Assembly: GCA_951406725.2 (NCBI GenBank)
Contig: OX597823.1
Coordinates: 46,686,001 to 46,750,000 of the forward strand
Source of the DNA: Octopus vulgaris
Lineage: Eukaryota
Length of the DNA: 64,000 nucleotides
Reading direction: 5' to 3'
How positions within the stretch are numbered: the first letter of the stretch is position 1; every line of letters begins with the position of its first letter. This document shows positions 14,774 to 27,452 of this stretch, in pieces. The notes under the pieces were generated by a model. The model saw only the letters and a program-made list of their open reading frames with translations, did not search any database and was not told where the DNA came from. Position numbers and translations under genes: made by a program.

Positions 14774-15395
14774 ATTATATATATGCTTTTTTATTCTTTT
14801 ATTTGTCTCAGTCATTTAACTGCAGCCTTTAGTCGAACAAATTGACCCAAGAACTTTGTAAGCATAGTACTTATTCGATCGGTCGCTCTTGCCGAACCGC
14901 TAAGCTGCAGGGACGTAAACACACCAGCATCGGTTGTCAAGCGATGTTGAGGGACAAACACAGGCACACAGATACATTCATATACATATATATATGTTTG
15001 TGTGTGTGTGTATGTGTGTGTGTGTACATATACATATATGTATTAGATTGATTTACGTGTTCGCCGCTACAACTTCGTTTAGGCTTAGCAGCCCTTCCTG
15101 TTTGTTTTCACTGTCCTGTTTGTGTTACCTATTTTGACCCTCCTCCGCAAAGTCCCAAATTTTATTTGACTTGCCCTTGCGGGAGCAACTGATTTATCGA
15201 AAGCGTATATTGTTGTTAAATGCTCGAAATACGAGACTAGAAAAGCCACCAAAACTGACGAAGGGTCGTTCTTTAAGTTGTTTGTTTTGTTTTCCCTTTG
15301 TATCTTTCGTTGTTTGAAAGAATAGTTCATGTTCCATGAACTGGCGCTTCGTACATTTTTGATGTACACGTTTCATAACGTCATGTGCCCACATA

Positions 15396-15427
<32 letters not shown>

Positions 15428-15471
15428 CGTATAGATGTAAGTATGTACAAATGCGTATGTATATATACCTG

Positions 15472-15502
<31 letters not shown>

Positions 15503-15547
15503 TATAATATTATATCATTGAAAGTCACGCATCCTCTTCCAAGTAAG

Positions 15548-15732
<185 letters not shown>

Positions 15733-16380
15733 ATACCCCCCACACACACACAACACACATATATATATATATGTATATATATATATACACGTGGCCATCG
15801 TTCACCTTCTTTTCCTCACGTGATCATCTTTGGTTTCCTTCAGGACTGTCCTAAAGACTGGACGTCTTCTATCTCTTTCTTCTGTCTTTTCTCTTTTCAA
15901 AGTAAATATTTCTTCCGACATTCGCTATTTTACCCTCGTCCTGGTCTAACGAACCTCCATGTTTGTTTTTGTTCTGTTTCCTTGTATGTCTTCACTCTCC
16001 TGTTTTTGTTCCCAACTTTGACCCTCCATAAATCCTAAAATTTTATTTTGGCATTTATGCGAGCAACTGTCTTCGAAGACTCATATTGTCGTTCAATGAT
16101 CGAAATGATCAGTAGATAGATAACCGACAACTGATGAAAAGTCGTTCTTTGTGTTACTTGTTCTGTTTTCCATTTTTTTTCTCTCGTTGTTTGCGTATTA
16201 TTGAACTCATTTGTGTTCGTATTTCATGTTGTTTACTGTTGGTGACGTCCTGTATCCTTATATGAAAGTCATAGATAATCAGGGTAAGTACATTGATGAT
16301 TAAATTTCAATTAAATATAACATTTGATCACTTATCTTCTGTATTCAACATTCGGACAGAACTTATGGGATGACCTGATA

Positions 16381-16432
<52 letters not shown>

Positions 16433-16472
16433 TATAAATATGCATGCATTTTGTGTGTGTGTATATATATAT

Positions 16473-16962
16473 ACGGCATGAGTGATCTCGATTATTGGGA
16501 CCGCTTTAAAGCATTGAAACTCTATTCTCTCCAGGGCCGTCGTGAGCGATACAATATTTTTGCACGATATGGGGAACATACCGCCAGCATTGCCCAAACG
16601 ACCTAAACATTAGTTTCAAAATTCATCTAAGGCTAGGACCACGGGCCATACGTCCCCAAACCAATTTAGGATCACAACATATTAACACAATTTCTTTTCC
16701 TCAACAGGCCTTGCCTTATTTAATATTGTCCCGTAACAGACCGAAGAAGAAAAGAATCCCAGTACATTTAAATGGAATCGGAGCAATTTTTTTCAAGGAA
16801 TACCGGGTAAGCCACCTATATCTGGATACAACTCACTCAACAAGAAGTCCCTCCTCGTATGGGCCATGATACACAAAACTAATTTTATGAAGTTGTGCTA
16901 TTAAGTTAGACATGGCCTGGACCAATCTTTGGTCGAAACATATCTAAGTCATCTAAGTTATA
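16473..16962 (+). mobile_element. 3' end of a decayed CR1/L2-group LINE
   Basis: GMSDLDYWDRFKALKLYSLQGRRERY...LALFNIVP...IPGKPP, homologous to the C-terminus of the 30.5 kb LINE; its tail recurs inverted at 17211-17259. Confidence 0.8.
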
Positions 16963-16999
16963 TACACACGCACACATATTATATATATAAATATATATA

Positions 17000-17195
17000 C
17001 TACCAGTCGCCTTGATTTTGACACTAACTCTGAAAGTTTTTTATTCTCTCTCTTTATTTCCACGTGTTCCTCTCTGTTGAAGAGCGTAGGCTCGAAACGT
17101 AAAAGACTTTCACACCTTCCCAAACGTCAAATTAATACACCTGCTTGTTGTTTATATACCTGTCTTCGTCTTTTGTTTTTCTGTAAATTTCAACT
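17000..17195 (+). mobile_element. Solo PLE terminus, family HB, with hammerhead-like motif at about 17069-17106
   Basis: CTGTTGAAGAGCGTAGGCTCGAAACGTAAAAGA; similar to the reverse complement of 12960-13140. Confidence 0.7.
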
Positions 17196-17271
17196 ATATG
17201 TGTGTGTGTTTATAACCTAGATAACTTAGATATGCTTCAACCAAAGATTGGTCCAGGCTATATACACATAT

Positions 17272-17635
17272 GCGCAGGAGTGGCTTGCTTACCAGCCACA
17301 TGGTTCCGGGTTCAATCCCACTGCATGGCACCTTGGGTCTCTTCTGCTGTAGCCTCGGGCTGACCAAAGACTTATGAGTGATTTGGTAAACAGACACTGA
17401 ATGAAGCCCATCCTATATATATGTTTGTGTGTCTGTTTGATCCCCCCCACTATCACTTGACAACTGATGCTGATGTGCTTACGTCCCCGTAACTTAGCGG
17501 TTCAGCGAAAGAGACCGATAGAATAAGTACTAGGCTTACAAAGAATGAGTCCTGGGGTCGATTTGTTCGACTAAAGGCGGTACTCCAGCATGGCCACAGT
17601 CAAATGACTGCAACAAATAAAAGAATATAAAAGAA
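17272..17635 (+). mobile_element. SINE family A
   Basis: Head, central block and tail present. Confidence 0.88.
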
Positions 17636-17665
17636 TACACACACACACACACACAAGCACACACA

Positions 17666-17768
<103 letters not shown>

Positions 17769-18580
17769 CACACATATATATATGTCTGTGTAGCGATACT
17801 ATAAATAAATCAGTATGTCGAACGTATTTATACGCTTGATATGGCTTCATAAATGATAGACTTCAAGTGTTCATAGAACTGGAAGATGTGTTTTTATTCA
17901 CAAATTGAATGAGAAAATTTTCTCCAAACAGCTTTCCATGTTGGCGTTTATACGTGCTTGATATAAAGAAATGTACACGGCCTACTTTTTTTTTTTTTTT
18001 TTTCCAGTCGTCGCTGCTAAGAATGTTTACAATAAAAAAAATTTTAGCTTGGCAAAACTCAGTGCATATCACCAAATATGCATTATGTTCTGTACATATA
18101 GAAATGGGTGTTCCAACTCTATTATAAACTATTGAATCTTAGTGTGTCACTGCCAAAACACGGTCACGCTAAAACACGTGTCGGGATAGACTGATGACGT
18201 CATTCAGAGCCCAGCTTGTAATACATACTTCGTATGAAGTCTATAAGGAGAAAATTTCCTCCAAGACAATAAGGCAGCAGTTGAACAATGTGTCACCAAA
18301 AAGGAAAATTATAATTGTCATAAAATATGTCAGAGGGTGTTAGAATACCTACACTGCTAGAAATAAGAGCTAAAATGCTCTGATGCTGCAGGCAACGCAC
18401 ATAATTGTATGCATATATACTGATAGCAACCGCAAACGGCAGAAATCGGCTGTTTTGATATCCCTATACAGTCGATGGTTTCGCCATGAGTACGTATGTC
18501 TACTCCATAAAAATCTATTGGTGATTTAGCGAATCACTAATGTGTATATTAATAATTAAATTAGGCAGCAGTTGAGCAAT

Positions 18581-18713
18581 TGCTTACGAACTACATGGTT
18601 CCGGGTTCAGTTCCACTGCGTGGCACCTTGGGCAAGTGTCTTCTACTATAGTCTCGGGCCGACCAAAGCCTTGTGAGTGGATTTGGTAGCCGGAAACTGA
18701 AAGAAGCCCGTCG

Positions 18714-18752
<39 letters not shown>

Positions 18753-18984
18753 TTGTGTGTGTGTGCGTGTGTGTATGTGTTTGTGTGTCTATGTTTGTCC
18801 CCACAACATCGCTTGACACCCGATGCTGGTGTGTTTACGTCCCCGTAACTTAGTGTTTCGGCAAAAGTGACCGATAGATTAAGTACTAAGTTTACAAAGA
18901 ATAAGTCGTGGGGTCGAATTTCTCAACTAAATGTGGTGCTCCAGCATGGCCACAATCAAATGACTGAAACAAGTAAAAGAGTAA
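18581..18984 (+). mobile_element. SINE family A inserted in the tandem array
   Basis: Slightly 5'-truncated head, full tail. Confidence 0.9.
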
Positions 18985-19254
18985 ATATGACAGAGGTTGT
19001 TAGAACACGTACAGTGCTAGAAATAAGAGCTAAAGTGCTCTGATGCAGCAGTCAACGCACGTAATTGTATACATACACCCTTTCACATTTTTAGTGACAA
19101 TCATAATTTTCCGTTTTGATAATACATTGCTCAGCTTCTGCCTAATTTAATTAATAGTATACACATTAGCGATTCGCTAAATATTCCATTGATTTTTATG
19201 GAGTAGACATATGTACTCTTGTCGATTTATCCGGAATTTGGCGAGTGGTGCCGA

Positions 19255-19305
19255 CCCTACTGAAGAAGCTTCGATCTTAAAGCCGAAACCGTCGACGGTT
19301 CAGGG
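19255..19305 (+). ncRNA. Type I hammerhead ribozyme motif
   Basis: CCCUA-CUGAAGA-A-GCUU-(8 nt)-AAGC-C-GAAA-CCGUCGACGG-U-U-CAGGG; the sister half-copy (18461-18485, -) has GUA-UAGGG, giving a perfect helix I. Confidence 0.75.
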
Positions 19306-19654
19306 ATATCACAATGGCCGATTTCGGCCGTTGACGGTCGCTGTCAGTATGTAAGTATACAATTATGTGCGTTGAATGCAGCATCAAAAAGACAAACAAA
19401 AAAAGAAACTTAAACAAAACAAAATATATGCCCAAAGAGAGCTAATGCATGCACTCAGCGGGCCGGCAAAAGGACTGCGGTCGTGCAAACCATACAACGA
19501 GAGTATTTGAGGAAATCATATGCATCCAATTTTCTGCTGTGCAAGTGGTACACTGTATTGAAAAAAGTTACATACATACATTCATACGTATCTGTATATA
19601 TTTATACATATATACACACACACACAATAACAATAATAATTACATATAACTAAA

Positions 19655-19745
19655 CTAGCCGTGACCCGTTAGGTCACCAACAATTCAAGGTACCCGAAGA
19701 AACCGCGTCTCTCTCGGGATTCCGTGGTCCGATTTACATCAATAT
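19655..19745 (-). mobile_element. Helitron-like 3' terminus
   Basis: Minus strand GTGACC-TAACG-GGTCAC hairpin followed by GG-CTAG then T; 5' end not identified. Confidence 0.5.
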
Positions 19746-19758
19746 GTATTTACTCTAA

Positions 19759-20010
19759 GGTGGCGAGCTGGCAGAATCGTTAGCAGTATTTTGTCCGTCT
19801 CTACGTTTTGATGTATTGATGAAGTAAGTACCAGTTGAGCACTGGGATTGATAAAATAAGTACCAGCTCAGCACTGGGGTCGATGAAATAAGTCCTAGTT
19901 GAGCACGGTGATCAATGAAATAAGTACCAGTTGAGGACTGGGGTCGATTTTATCGACTAACCTCCTGCACCTAAATTTCGGATCTTATACCTGTAGTTAA
20001 AAAGGATGAT
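19759..20010 (+). mobile_element. SINE family B with an internal 31-nt unit repeated four times, 12-bp TSD
   Basis: GATGAAATAAGTACCAGTTGAGCACTGGGGT-like unit x4; TATTTACTCTAA at 19747-19758 and 20012-20023. Confidence 0.85.
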
Positions 20011-20024
20011 ATATTTACTCTAAC

Positions 20025-23000
20025 AGGTATATTCATAGTAGTTGGGCTTTTTTTCCAATATTTATTTGAATATATTTTGAACAATTTAACGGCTAACGCT
20101 AATTAATAATGCATTTTCTCTGCAGCATAAACTGTGTAAAATATTTGAATTTGTGAACGAATTTGATTGAGATATTATTTATAAAGAGTTCTTTCTGAAA
20201 TTTTCTTACAGATCATTGTCGCTCCATTGGTTTTGTGGTTTGTTAAAACTTGTAATTTCTTTTATAAAGCATCCGCTTTTTCTATTTTAACTCGTAGTTT
20301 AATTTTGTCCATAAGTTTAATAAAGATTCACACTCGAAACAATCCCAACTATTATGCCTGTTGAATTTTGTATTTTCTTTTAATCTCTTTTCTTTTAATA
20401 TTTTCTCACTCGTCTTTCCCATAATTTCAGAATTTGTGGAAACAAATCATTAAAGGTAGCGATTATAATGTGATAGGTTTTTACGAATGAAATGATTATT
20501 ATCTGACTCTTAATTTTATATGTACTAATTATCAGAGAGAAATCATTTCCTCAGCAAATTAACTTCAAATATCTCATGAGAACCTTTATGACCTAATTTA
20601 ATTGTCATCGCTGTGATCCATAGCAGTATAGAAAAGAGCAAGGAATGTTGTGTAGCGAAGCGTGGAGTCTCAGCACTTGTTTTAACAGGAGACGGAAATT
20701 GTTCTAAACTAGATTAACCAGTAATACAAAGATGCTATCATTGAGGAATATATATATATTCATATAGGCTATTTCTTTTCCTGATTAATCTAATTATTTC
20801 ATTTCCTCTTGACAGTTCAGTTAACAAGACTTTAAACATTCATTTAAGAGCGTAATGATTGTGGTGAGTTTGGTTGTCCATAACATTATTCATGCAATTT
20901 GTCGATAAATCTTATTTAGAGGGTTACTTGGCTATACTGGTCTCTGTACTAATAATACAGAAAAGCTCTATTCTACTCGTTTTATATGAGAAACAATGAA
21001 CAATATCATACTCAAGAATGTAACACAATCAAGTATATGAAGGAAGTAGTTTTGTCGTCCGAAAAAGACTGAAAGATGAAGCCCCTAATGAGAAGTTTCA
21101 ATCTCAGAAATAAATTTATTAATTATGGAAACATTCTAAAGTAGAAAACTAAATACCGAAACTGACTAAATAGTGAAAGGCCATTGACTATAGTATTATT
21201 TTTGTGACTACAGTACTGATTTATTTTTTTTATTTTACTATATGTTAATTCAGTGGTTCATAACCATTTTTTATCTATGGATTCCTTTGTTTACTGTTTT
21301 ATTCTGGCGGACCCCTATAACCATTTGAAGCTTTAAAATTATTTTCAAGAAACTTCTTTCAAAATTTCTACTTTATTTGTCAAGCATTATATTTGTGTAG
21401 GATGAACTATGTAAAACATCAGATAAAGAACATTTACTGTTTCTTGGAAAAATACAGCCAAAGACCCTTAAAATACTGCTGGGGATCCTCAATTTACTAT
21501 CTTTCTTGCATGTTCTCCCAAACATTTTATATAGACCCCTAGGGGTCAAACCTCTGCGTTTGACTAATGTTTTAAAAAGATGAAATCAACTCAATTACAT
21601 TAGTGAAAGCAGGTTGACAGAAATTTTTTCTAAATATCTTTATCGTGACATGGCAAAATCGATTATACTTTACTCGAAAAACTTGGAGAAATATAGTGTT
21701 TTAAATAAGTACTTGTATATTACTGGTATATATTTAGCTATTCAAGTGGTGCAGATAATAACTGAATGTATAATACAGAAACACCAAATGCATCTTGTCT
21801 GGTTCCTGACCATCTTTAATAATAGTCCCGCATGCAAGATGGATGAATCTGCAGATGTTATTTTCAGAGGAAAGCTACAAAAAGAAGTCGAGGTAGCGTG
21901 TTATTATTATCTCCACTATGGAATATGATTACTGATGTAGTCCAGCAAATCGGTTCATTAAAAAATATCGAGTATTTTACATGTCTGATTACAATTATGA
22001 TATTATCCAAAACTTTGTCTGCATTCCTGTTAGAGCTGATTACAGAAGCACCAAACATAATTACACTTTTTTTTTATTTTAGAAAAAATAATTTGATTGT
22101 TATTTTCATTTATTTTTAGAGCAAGAAAACAAATTATCTAAATCATAAATGAGTATTTTTAAAATGAAACTAGTATTTAATTAAAGATTCGACAAAAACG
22201 TTCAGTTTTATCTGTCATGTTGTAATTAGAATAAGTGAAAGAGATACATGTATTGTACTAGGAGATTAAACCAGTCGTAGTCAATGAGATACTGAACAGT
22301 AGATTCAACTTTGTTAGGATATTACGCCTCCTAATTCTTCAAATAATTCTTAATTACATCAACAGTGACGGGTAACTAAGCAAAGAAAAGCTTGTCTGTG
22401 ACACACTTTCCTTTCTCGTCTGGAACACCTTTACTCCCCTTTCATTACCAATGCCGTTGAAAAGCTCCTAAACTACCCTGGCTTCTGTTTTCCATGTCTT
22501 AAGAACACTACTTAAGCAGCCTTTACAACTGTATAAATATGCTTCATTATTGGAAATAAAATAATAAGTTTGTAAGGGGATGAGTTTGGGTATATAATTT
22601 ACTTTTCAGTATAATTCAATGAAGCATCCTAACAGCTGTGAGTTTATGTTTGTAGTCTTTCAACCGGGAAGTCATAAAATTTATTTCCTGTTTGTAAGAC
22701 AAGGTAATGAACTGCTTTATGCGATAAATACGAGAAAGAAAATGAACCAAGTGTTACGGGGCCAAATCTAGTCGATATTATGGTTATTGTTTTTTGAAGG
22801 GTTATAACTGCAAGACCAAATCTATTCGTGCACCAGTTATTACGAATTACAGATTTAAACGAAAAAGCTTAAAAGGAATTGTAAATTATATGTGACGACG
22901 ATGCAACGTGAAGGAAGCGGTTCCAAAGGGAAAATAAATTCAAGTTTTACAATTTGAGTAACCACAATGGGGTGCTAAGTTCTATACCAATCGGCCTCCA

Positions 23001-23300
23001 CTATTGAATATGATTTATATCAAGAAATACCCATTATTCTATAATGTCTTAAGTTTCAAATTAGATAAATTTAAACTAGAGCCTCTCTTACATGTATTGT
23101 TTGTTTGTTTGGTTTAAAAAGTGTTATGGTATTAGATATATTTCAACAAATTATCGAGTTCAGAGTAGATTCTAAGCTGTTAAAATCATTTGAGCAAAGT
23201 AAAGAAGAGGAGAACATTTGAAATTGTTTAAAAAATATAAATCGATAAAAATTAACGTAGAAGCATAAAAAGTATATTGTTACTTTCAGTGAACAAAGAA
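20025..23300 (-). pseudogene. Decayed coding region including AEP/PrimPol-like primase motifs
   Basis: YSIVEIIITRYLDFF (21925-21881) in frame with DKMHLVF (to 21779), then DKDI* after a frameshift (21644); 70-100 codon nearly open runs at 22260-22860. Confidence 0.45.
21251..21556. mobile_element. Degenerate hAT-type MITE
   Basis: Starts CAGTGGTTCATAACC, ends ...AACCTCTG with GACCCC/GGGGTC subterminal motifs; no clean TSD. Confidence 0.45.
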
Positions 23301-24561
23301 AAAAAAAAGAACAGCCTTAATGATATTTAATTTACTTCTCAAAAGTAGTTCATGTATTCACGAGAAAATTGGTAATTACATTTGTGTGTCCAAAATAGAA
23401 TAAAGTAAGAGATTAGCAACAGATTTTGTTGACAAGAGAATAGGAATTTATGCAGAGTGCTTGCACTCCAATTTCGTTCATTTATCTTCGACCGTACAAA
23501 TAAAGAATTTATTTACACTTGGTCATATAAATCTCAACGCACAACAGAACGACATCCAATCAGCCGTTGTTTTTAGAAATTACTTTAAGTAACAATAGCA
23601 GTGAAAACTAAAATTAAAGAATGATCTGAACTGTTTAGTTTATATGTGGAGATATGTCGTATATTATGCATATATCTTCTATAGATTATAAGAGGTCTTT
23701 ACGATATTGTATACCAATGTTCTAGCGTACCGATTGTCTTTTTGTACATATTGTATTTCAGAGAATGTAACAGAACACTTAGCTGTTTAATGTCGTAATT
23801 GTCGTGAATTTCTTGTATATTATACTATTCTATATTTTGTTAAGTGTATCTTTATAATATGAAAGTTATGTTTGTTTGGATTAATAAATCAGTTATAAGG
23901 TTAATGTGCATTTTTATTCTATTTTTGGCGCCAATTCGCTTCATAACAGTAGCTGCGGACGAGTTTGCTACATATTAAAAATAGGATTTTATCGGAAAAT
24001 TTTCTCCCAGTTCTATTATGTTTTGAAATAACTGACACTGTTGTGCCAAAATAAACATTTACCTAAGCTCTACTATATTCTGTTTAGAAATATAGCAGAA
24101 ATTTGTAACCATTGTATGCAAGTATATAGTCACTTATAAATACATACAACAGTATCCTTTGTTCAAATCCAGATTTAATTCAAATATTTATAGATATAGA
24201 ATGTTACTTTATTACACCTAACAGTCCGCCCGTAATTCACTTAAGCTTTATATCGACACACGAGGCATTTGGGATGACATTTCGTATGTCTAGACTGTTT
24301 CTTATGAGGTTATTGTTGAATAGATATTTTAACCTTATTTCGACCATTATCGTTTTGTCGTTATATTTTCTTCGGAGGGTGTCATTTGAACAATTGTTTA
24401 TGTTTTTTAAAAGTTTTGGGAATATCTTTTTTGATAAAAGTAGAGAAATCTAGAAATTCTAAGGTCTACGTTTTTTGCTCCTCTCTCTTCTGAAATTTAT
24501 AGTGATATCCTTCAGCATATTTCAAGTATCACCGCTATATATATATATATATATATGTATA

Positions 24562-24932
24562 GGCGCGGGAGTGGCTGTGTGGTAAGTAGCTTGCTAACCA
24601 ACCACACGGTTGCGGGTTCAGTCCCACTGCGTGGCATCTTGGGCAAGTGTCTTCTGCTATAGCCCCGGGCCGACCAATGCCTTGTGAGTGGATTTGGTAG
24701 ACGGAAACTGAAAGAAGCCTGTCGTATATATGTATATATATGTATATGTGTGTGTGTTTGTGTGTCTGTGTTTGTCCCCCTAGCATTGCTTGACAACCGA
24801 TGCTGGTGTGTTTACGTCCCCGTCACTTAGCGGTTCGGCAAAAAGAGACCGATAGAATAAGTACTAAAAGGTGGTGCTCCAGCATGGCCGCAGTCAGATG
24901 ACTGAAACAAGTAAAAGAGAGAGTAAAAAGAG
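24562..24932 (+). mobile_element. SINE family A
   Basis: Full head with GGTTCAGTCCC B-box-like motif; small deletion before the tail. Confidence 0.9.
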
Positions 24933-24949
24933 ATATATATATATATCAG

Positions 24950-25440
24950 AAAGAAGCATACTCTAACGAATAGAGCAGTAATTATTACAACAAAATTTTA
25001 TGTCTTGGACATAGAGTTACCTAAGATTTCGCACCCACAAAGCCAAAGCCTTGTGGACAGCTTGTCACACTCTATATAAAATGACGTGAGCGTGAGGAAA
25101 CGCTCGGAAAACGAGAAATACGTCTTAATAAAACAACCTTAATGAGGACGGGTTATTTTCCCTGAACCAGAGGAAAAAAAAAACTCTTATAAGCTCGAAG
25201 AGGTCTAATAAGCAAACGGGGAGATCTAACTTTCCAGGAAGTAGCGCTTGAAGTGGACACATTTATAAAACACTTCTTTCCGACTATTTAACGTGCCAGG
25301 TTTCGAATAGTCGTTAAGAAAATTTGGCTCTCTCCGCGATGCAGATCTTGCAACAGCCACTTCCGTTAATATATGTGCCCGGATATTCAATTAATGTCCA
25401 CATGATATCACACGGGATATCTTTATCTATATATATAACA
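24950..25440 (-). mobile_element. Penelope-like element 3' end: GIY-YIG C-terminus plus terminus with a decayed hammerhead (25011-25075)
   Basis: IMWTLIEYPGTYINGSGCCKICIAE, frameshift, LNSRKEVFYKCVH; then AUAGAGU-GUGACAA-helix II-GAAA-UCUUAGG-U-A-ACUCUAU. Confidence 0.75.
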
Positions 25441-25766
25441 TCATGAACTCATAGAGAAGAATGGAGAGTTATACATCTTCAAAATTTATTTTAATATTAC
25501 GATCTGACATGTGTTTCCGCTGGATAGGAGTGCAAATGTCCTTTGATGTAGCATTTATGTACATTTAGTCAATTTAAACTAAATAAGTTGCAGAACATAT
25601 TCATCTAAAGTAGCCATTCCTATGCAGAATGTTCAAGGTTTTTTCCCCACTCGGGTGAGTGAAGCTAACTTCTTTATAATGTCTTGATTATATAATCTGT
25701 ATGCCGTATGAAATCTAGTGAAGTGAACTCAGGATTTACCTATCGAGTGAAGTACCCTGTAACTGT

Positions 25767-25964
25767 TTACTCTTTATTCTTTTACTTGTTTCAGTCATTT
25801 GACTGCGGCCTTGCTGGAGCACCGCCTTTAGTCGAGCAAATCGACCCCGGGACTTATTCTTTCTATCGGTCTCTTTTGCCGAACCGCTAAGTTACGGCGA
25901 CGTAAACACACCAGCATCGGTTGTCAAGCAATGGTAGGGGGATAAACACAGAAACACAAACATG

Positions 25965-25996
<32 letters not shown>

Positions 25997-26167
25997 CATA
26001 TAAACGACGGGCTGCTTTCAGTTTCCGTCTACCAAATCCACTCACAAGGCTTTGGTCGGCCCGAGGCTATAGTAGAAGACACTTGCCCAAGATGCCACGC
26101 AGTGGGACTGAACCCGGAACCATGTGGTTGGTAAGCAAGCTACTTACCACACAGCCACTCCTGCGCC
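25767..26167 (-). mobile_element. SINE family A, near full length
   Basis: Reverse complement of the family pattern. Confidence 0.9.
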
Positions 26168-26278
26168 TAACTTAAATAATTTTGCATGCTCCCTGTCATT
26201 CGATATGGTTAGTCAGATCTAGAGTATATGAGTCCTAATGCGGTATCTGCCCGGATTCTGAATTCCTATTCCTTTACG

Positions 26279-26351
<73 letters not shown>

Positions 26352-26401
26352 GAAAGATAGATAGATAGATAGATTGATAGATAGATAGATAGATAGATAG
26401 G

Positions 26402-26457
<56 letters not shown>

Positions 26458-26458
<1 letters not shown>

Positions 26459-26845
26459 GGCTGTGTGGTAAGATGTTTGCTTCCCAAATATATCGTTCCG
26501 GGTGCGTTGCACCTTGCGCAGACGTCTTCTACTTATACCGCCGGGCAGACCAAAGCCTTGAGAGGATTCGGCAGACGCAAATTGAAAGAAGCTCGTCGTG
26601 TGTGTGTGTGTGTGTTTGTATGTCTGTGTGTCTGTGTTTGTCTCCTTCACCGTTTAGCAAACCGGTGTTGGAGTGTTTATGTCCCCGTAACATTGCCGTT
26701 TGGCAAAAGAGAACCGATAGAATAACTTCCAGGCTTAAAAAGGAAAGAAAGCACGGGGGTCAATTCAGTTGACTAAAATTCTTTAAAGGTGGTGCTCTAG
26801 TATGGCCACAGTGTTATGACTAAAGCAAATAAAAGAACAAAAGAA
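26458..26845 (+). mobile_element. SINE family A, diverged
   Basis: Head, central block and tail recognisable with many substitutions. Confidence 0.8.
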
Positions 26846-27237
26846 GATATATATAAAATATATTATATTATAGTAATTCTATCACTACACCATTTTTCTT
26901 ATTTATATTGTTATACGTCATTTTTCTTTTCCCTTTCTAGATTAACCCTGACACACATTTAGCTGTAATATTCATTGAAATGCAATTACTTGGACTGTTT
27001 ACGATGGGATGGCTTCCTCAGCTGTTATCCCAATTCAAAAAGAGAAATAATGACAACTATGGATATATTCCAGATGCGAATATATTTTATATTATGAAAT
27101 AAATTCCTTGTCCAAATATATTTATGCTGAGTTGACAGGGTTCCTTAAGTTATTGACTCAGTTTTTTTCTTTGTATAGAATGAAGAACGGTATAAGGTCT
27201 GAATCACGTTGTTGCGTTATAGTTCAAGTGAAATAAT

Positions 27238-27452
27238 CCTTTTTACTGTAGGCACAAGTCCTGAAATTTAGAGGGAAGGAATAAGTCGACTACATCGATC
27301 CCGGTATGCAACTGGTATTTAATTTATCGACTCCAAAAGGATGAAAGCAAAGTCGATCTCGGCGAAATTTGAACTCAGAACGTAAAAACCGACGAAATAT
27401 GGCTAAACATTTTGCCAGACATGCCAACGACTCTGCTAGGTCGCCGCCTTAA
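27238..27452 (-). mobile_element. SINE family B with imperfect TSD
   Basis: TTCAA(G/T)TGAAATAAT at 27223-27237 and 27455-27469. Confidence 0.8.

Larger units (their letters stand above)
18272..19390. mobile_element. Tandem plus inverted array of an about 350-nt hammerhead-bearing unit (retrozyme or PLE pLTR-like)
   Basis: AGGCAGCAGTTGA.CAAT at 18272 and 18563 (291-bp period in a deleted copy); unit resumes after the SINE at about 18985; inverted copy at 19077-19390. Confidence 0.75.

Noticed and set aside
19815-19960. Regular short repeats suggestive of a CRISPR array
   Set aside because: No unique spacers; internal SINE duplication in eukaryotic DNA
23922-23936. TTTTGGCGCCAA E2F-like palindrome upstream of the minus-strand fossil ORFs
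   Set aside because: A single short motif with no other promoter evidence
26941-27102. Strong splice acceptor followed by a 53-codon frame ending at AATAAA (possible terminal exon)
   Set aside because: No recognisable protein or partner exons; could be chance or part of the fossil backbone
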